Below, one piece after another: positions 63,395 to 64,000 of a stretch of DNA of 64,000 bases; position 1 is the first letter of the stretch; every line of letters begins with the position of its first letter. The DNA comes from Heptranchias perlo (taxonomy: Eukaryota): contig NW_027139581.1 of NCBI RefSeq assembly GCF_035084215.1, forward strand, positions 5,952,001-6,016,000, given 5' to 3'. The notes beneath the pieces were generated by a model. It saw nothing but the letters and a program-made list of their open reading frames with translations, was not told the origin of the DNA and made no database searches. The translations under genes were made by a program, and so were the position numbers.

Positions 63395-63850
63395 AAGCTA
63401 TTCTACCTTGTCCAAAACAGTAGGACCAGCGGGCACGGTCTGCACTTGAAGGTGATAAATTCAAAACTAATCTGCAGAAATAATATTTCAGTGAGCGAGT
63501 GGCCAATGTGTGGAACAGATTCCCTTCGGGAGACAGTGGAAGCAGTTGGATCGATTTCTTTCAGAAAATATTGGATCCAGTATAAGAGTGATATGGGACA
63601 TGACATGTGGTTAGTGTAACATGGTTGGGAGGAACAGGTAACTTTGGACCTATGGTTCCTGAAGCTCTCCACCACTGGGGTTTCCCTCCCCTCATGCCTG
63701 GGTCTGATGTAGATTAATTGATAGAGATTGATTGTCATGATTCGTCAACAACTCCATTATCATTATATCATGTGACTACCCAGGATAGTAGAAGATCAAC
63801 TAGATGGACCTTGGTCTTTCTTTCCTTTTTGAATTCCTGTGTTCCAAAAA
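63395..63850 (+). mobile_element. Old CR1-like 3' end
   Basis: RTSGH..FKTNLQK*YFSERVANVWNR-like segment followed by a 3' UTR. Confidence 0.6.
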
Positions 63851-64000
63851 GCACAAGTCCGCTTTTGAAATGGGAACCGCGTCTGTAACTTGTCACGCTG
63901 CAATTACACCCTCCCACCAGCAGTGGCACTGCAGCGCCTTCACTGGCAAGAGAATGCAACTGCATCATGCCAAGTTCCATTGGCGTTTCCCATTCCAAAT

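Overview
Eukaryotic, repeat-dense DNA from a cartilaginous fish (shark-type IgM tailpiece, shark-type CR1/L2 LINEs and C2H2 ZNF units). It is not prokaryotic and has no CRISPR array. Host genes: (1) the 3' end of an IgM heavy-chain gene on the minus strand (Cmu4 plus secretory tail, TM1, TM2, all with intact splice sites), with no Cmu3/Cmu2/Cmu1/VDJ exons recognisable in the 48 kb upstream; (2) an intact two-exon GPR139/GPR142-like class A GPCR (minus, about 331 aa); (3) an intact tRNA-Leu(TAA) among decayed tRNA-Asp remnants; (4) three C2H2 zinc-finger gene units (one open, two broken), two of which form an inverted segmental duplication around a CpG-rich promoter-like island. Mobile DNA: a decayed two-gene PIF/Harbinger transposon whose coding sequences have spawned three minisatellites, many CR1 and L2 LINEs (one near full length with nested inserts), a Tx1/L1 3' end with a 17-bp TSD, a solo LTR with a 4-bp TSD, and a Penelope-like element with a minimal hammerhead-ribozyme motif plus a 62-bp mini-insertion of its terminus elsewhere. 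At least 14 distinct minisatellite arrays explain most of the long repetitive ORFs in the track. All calls are by eye, without database searches; transposon boundaries are approximate.
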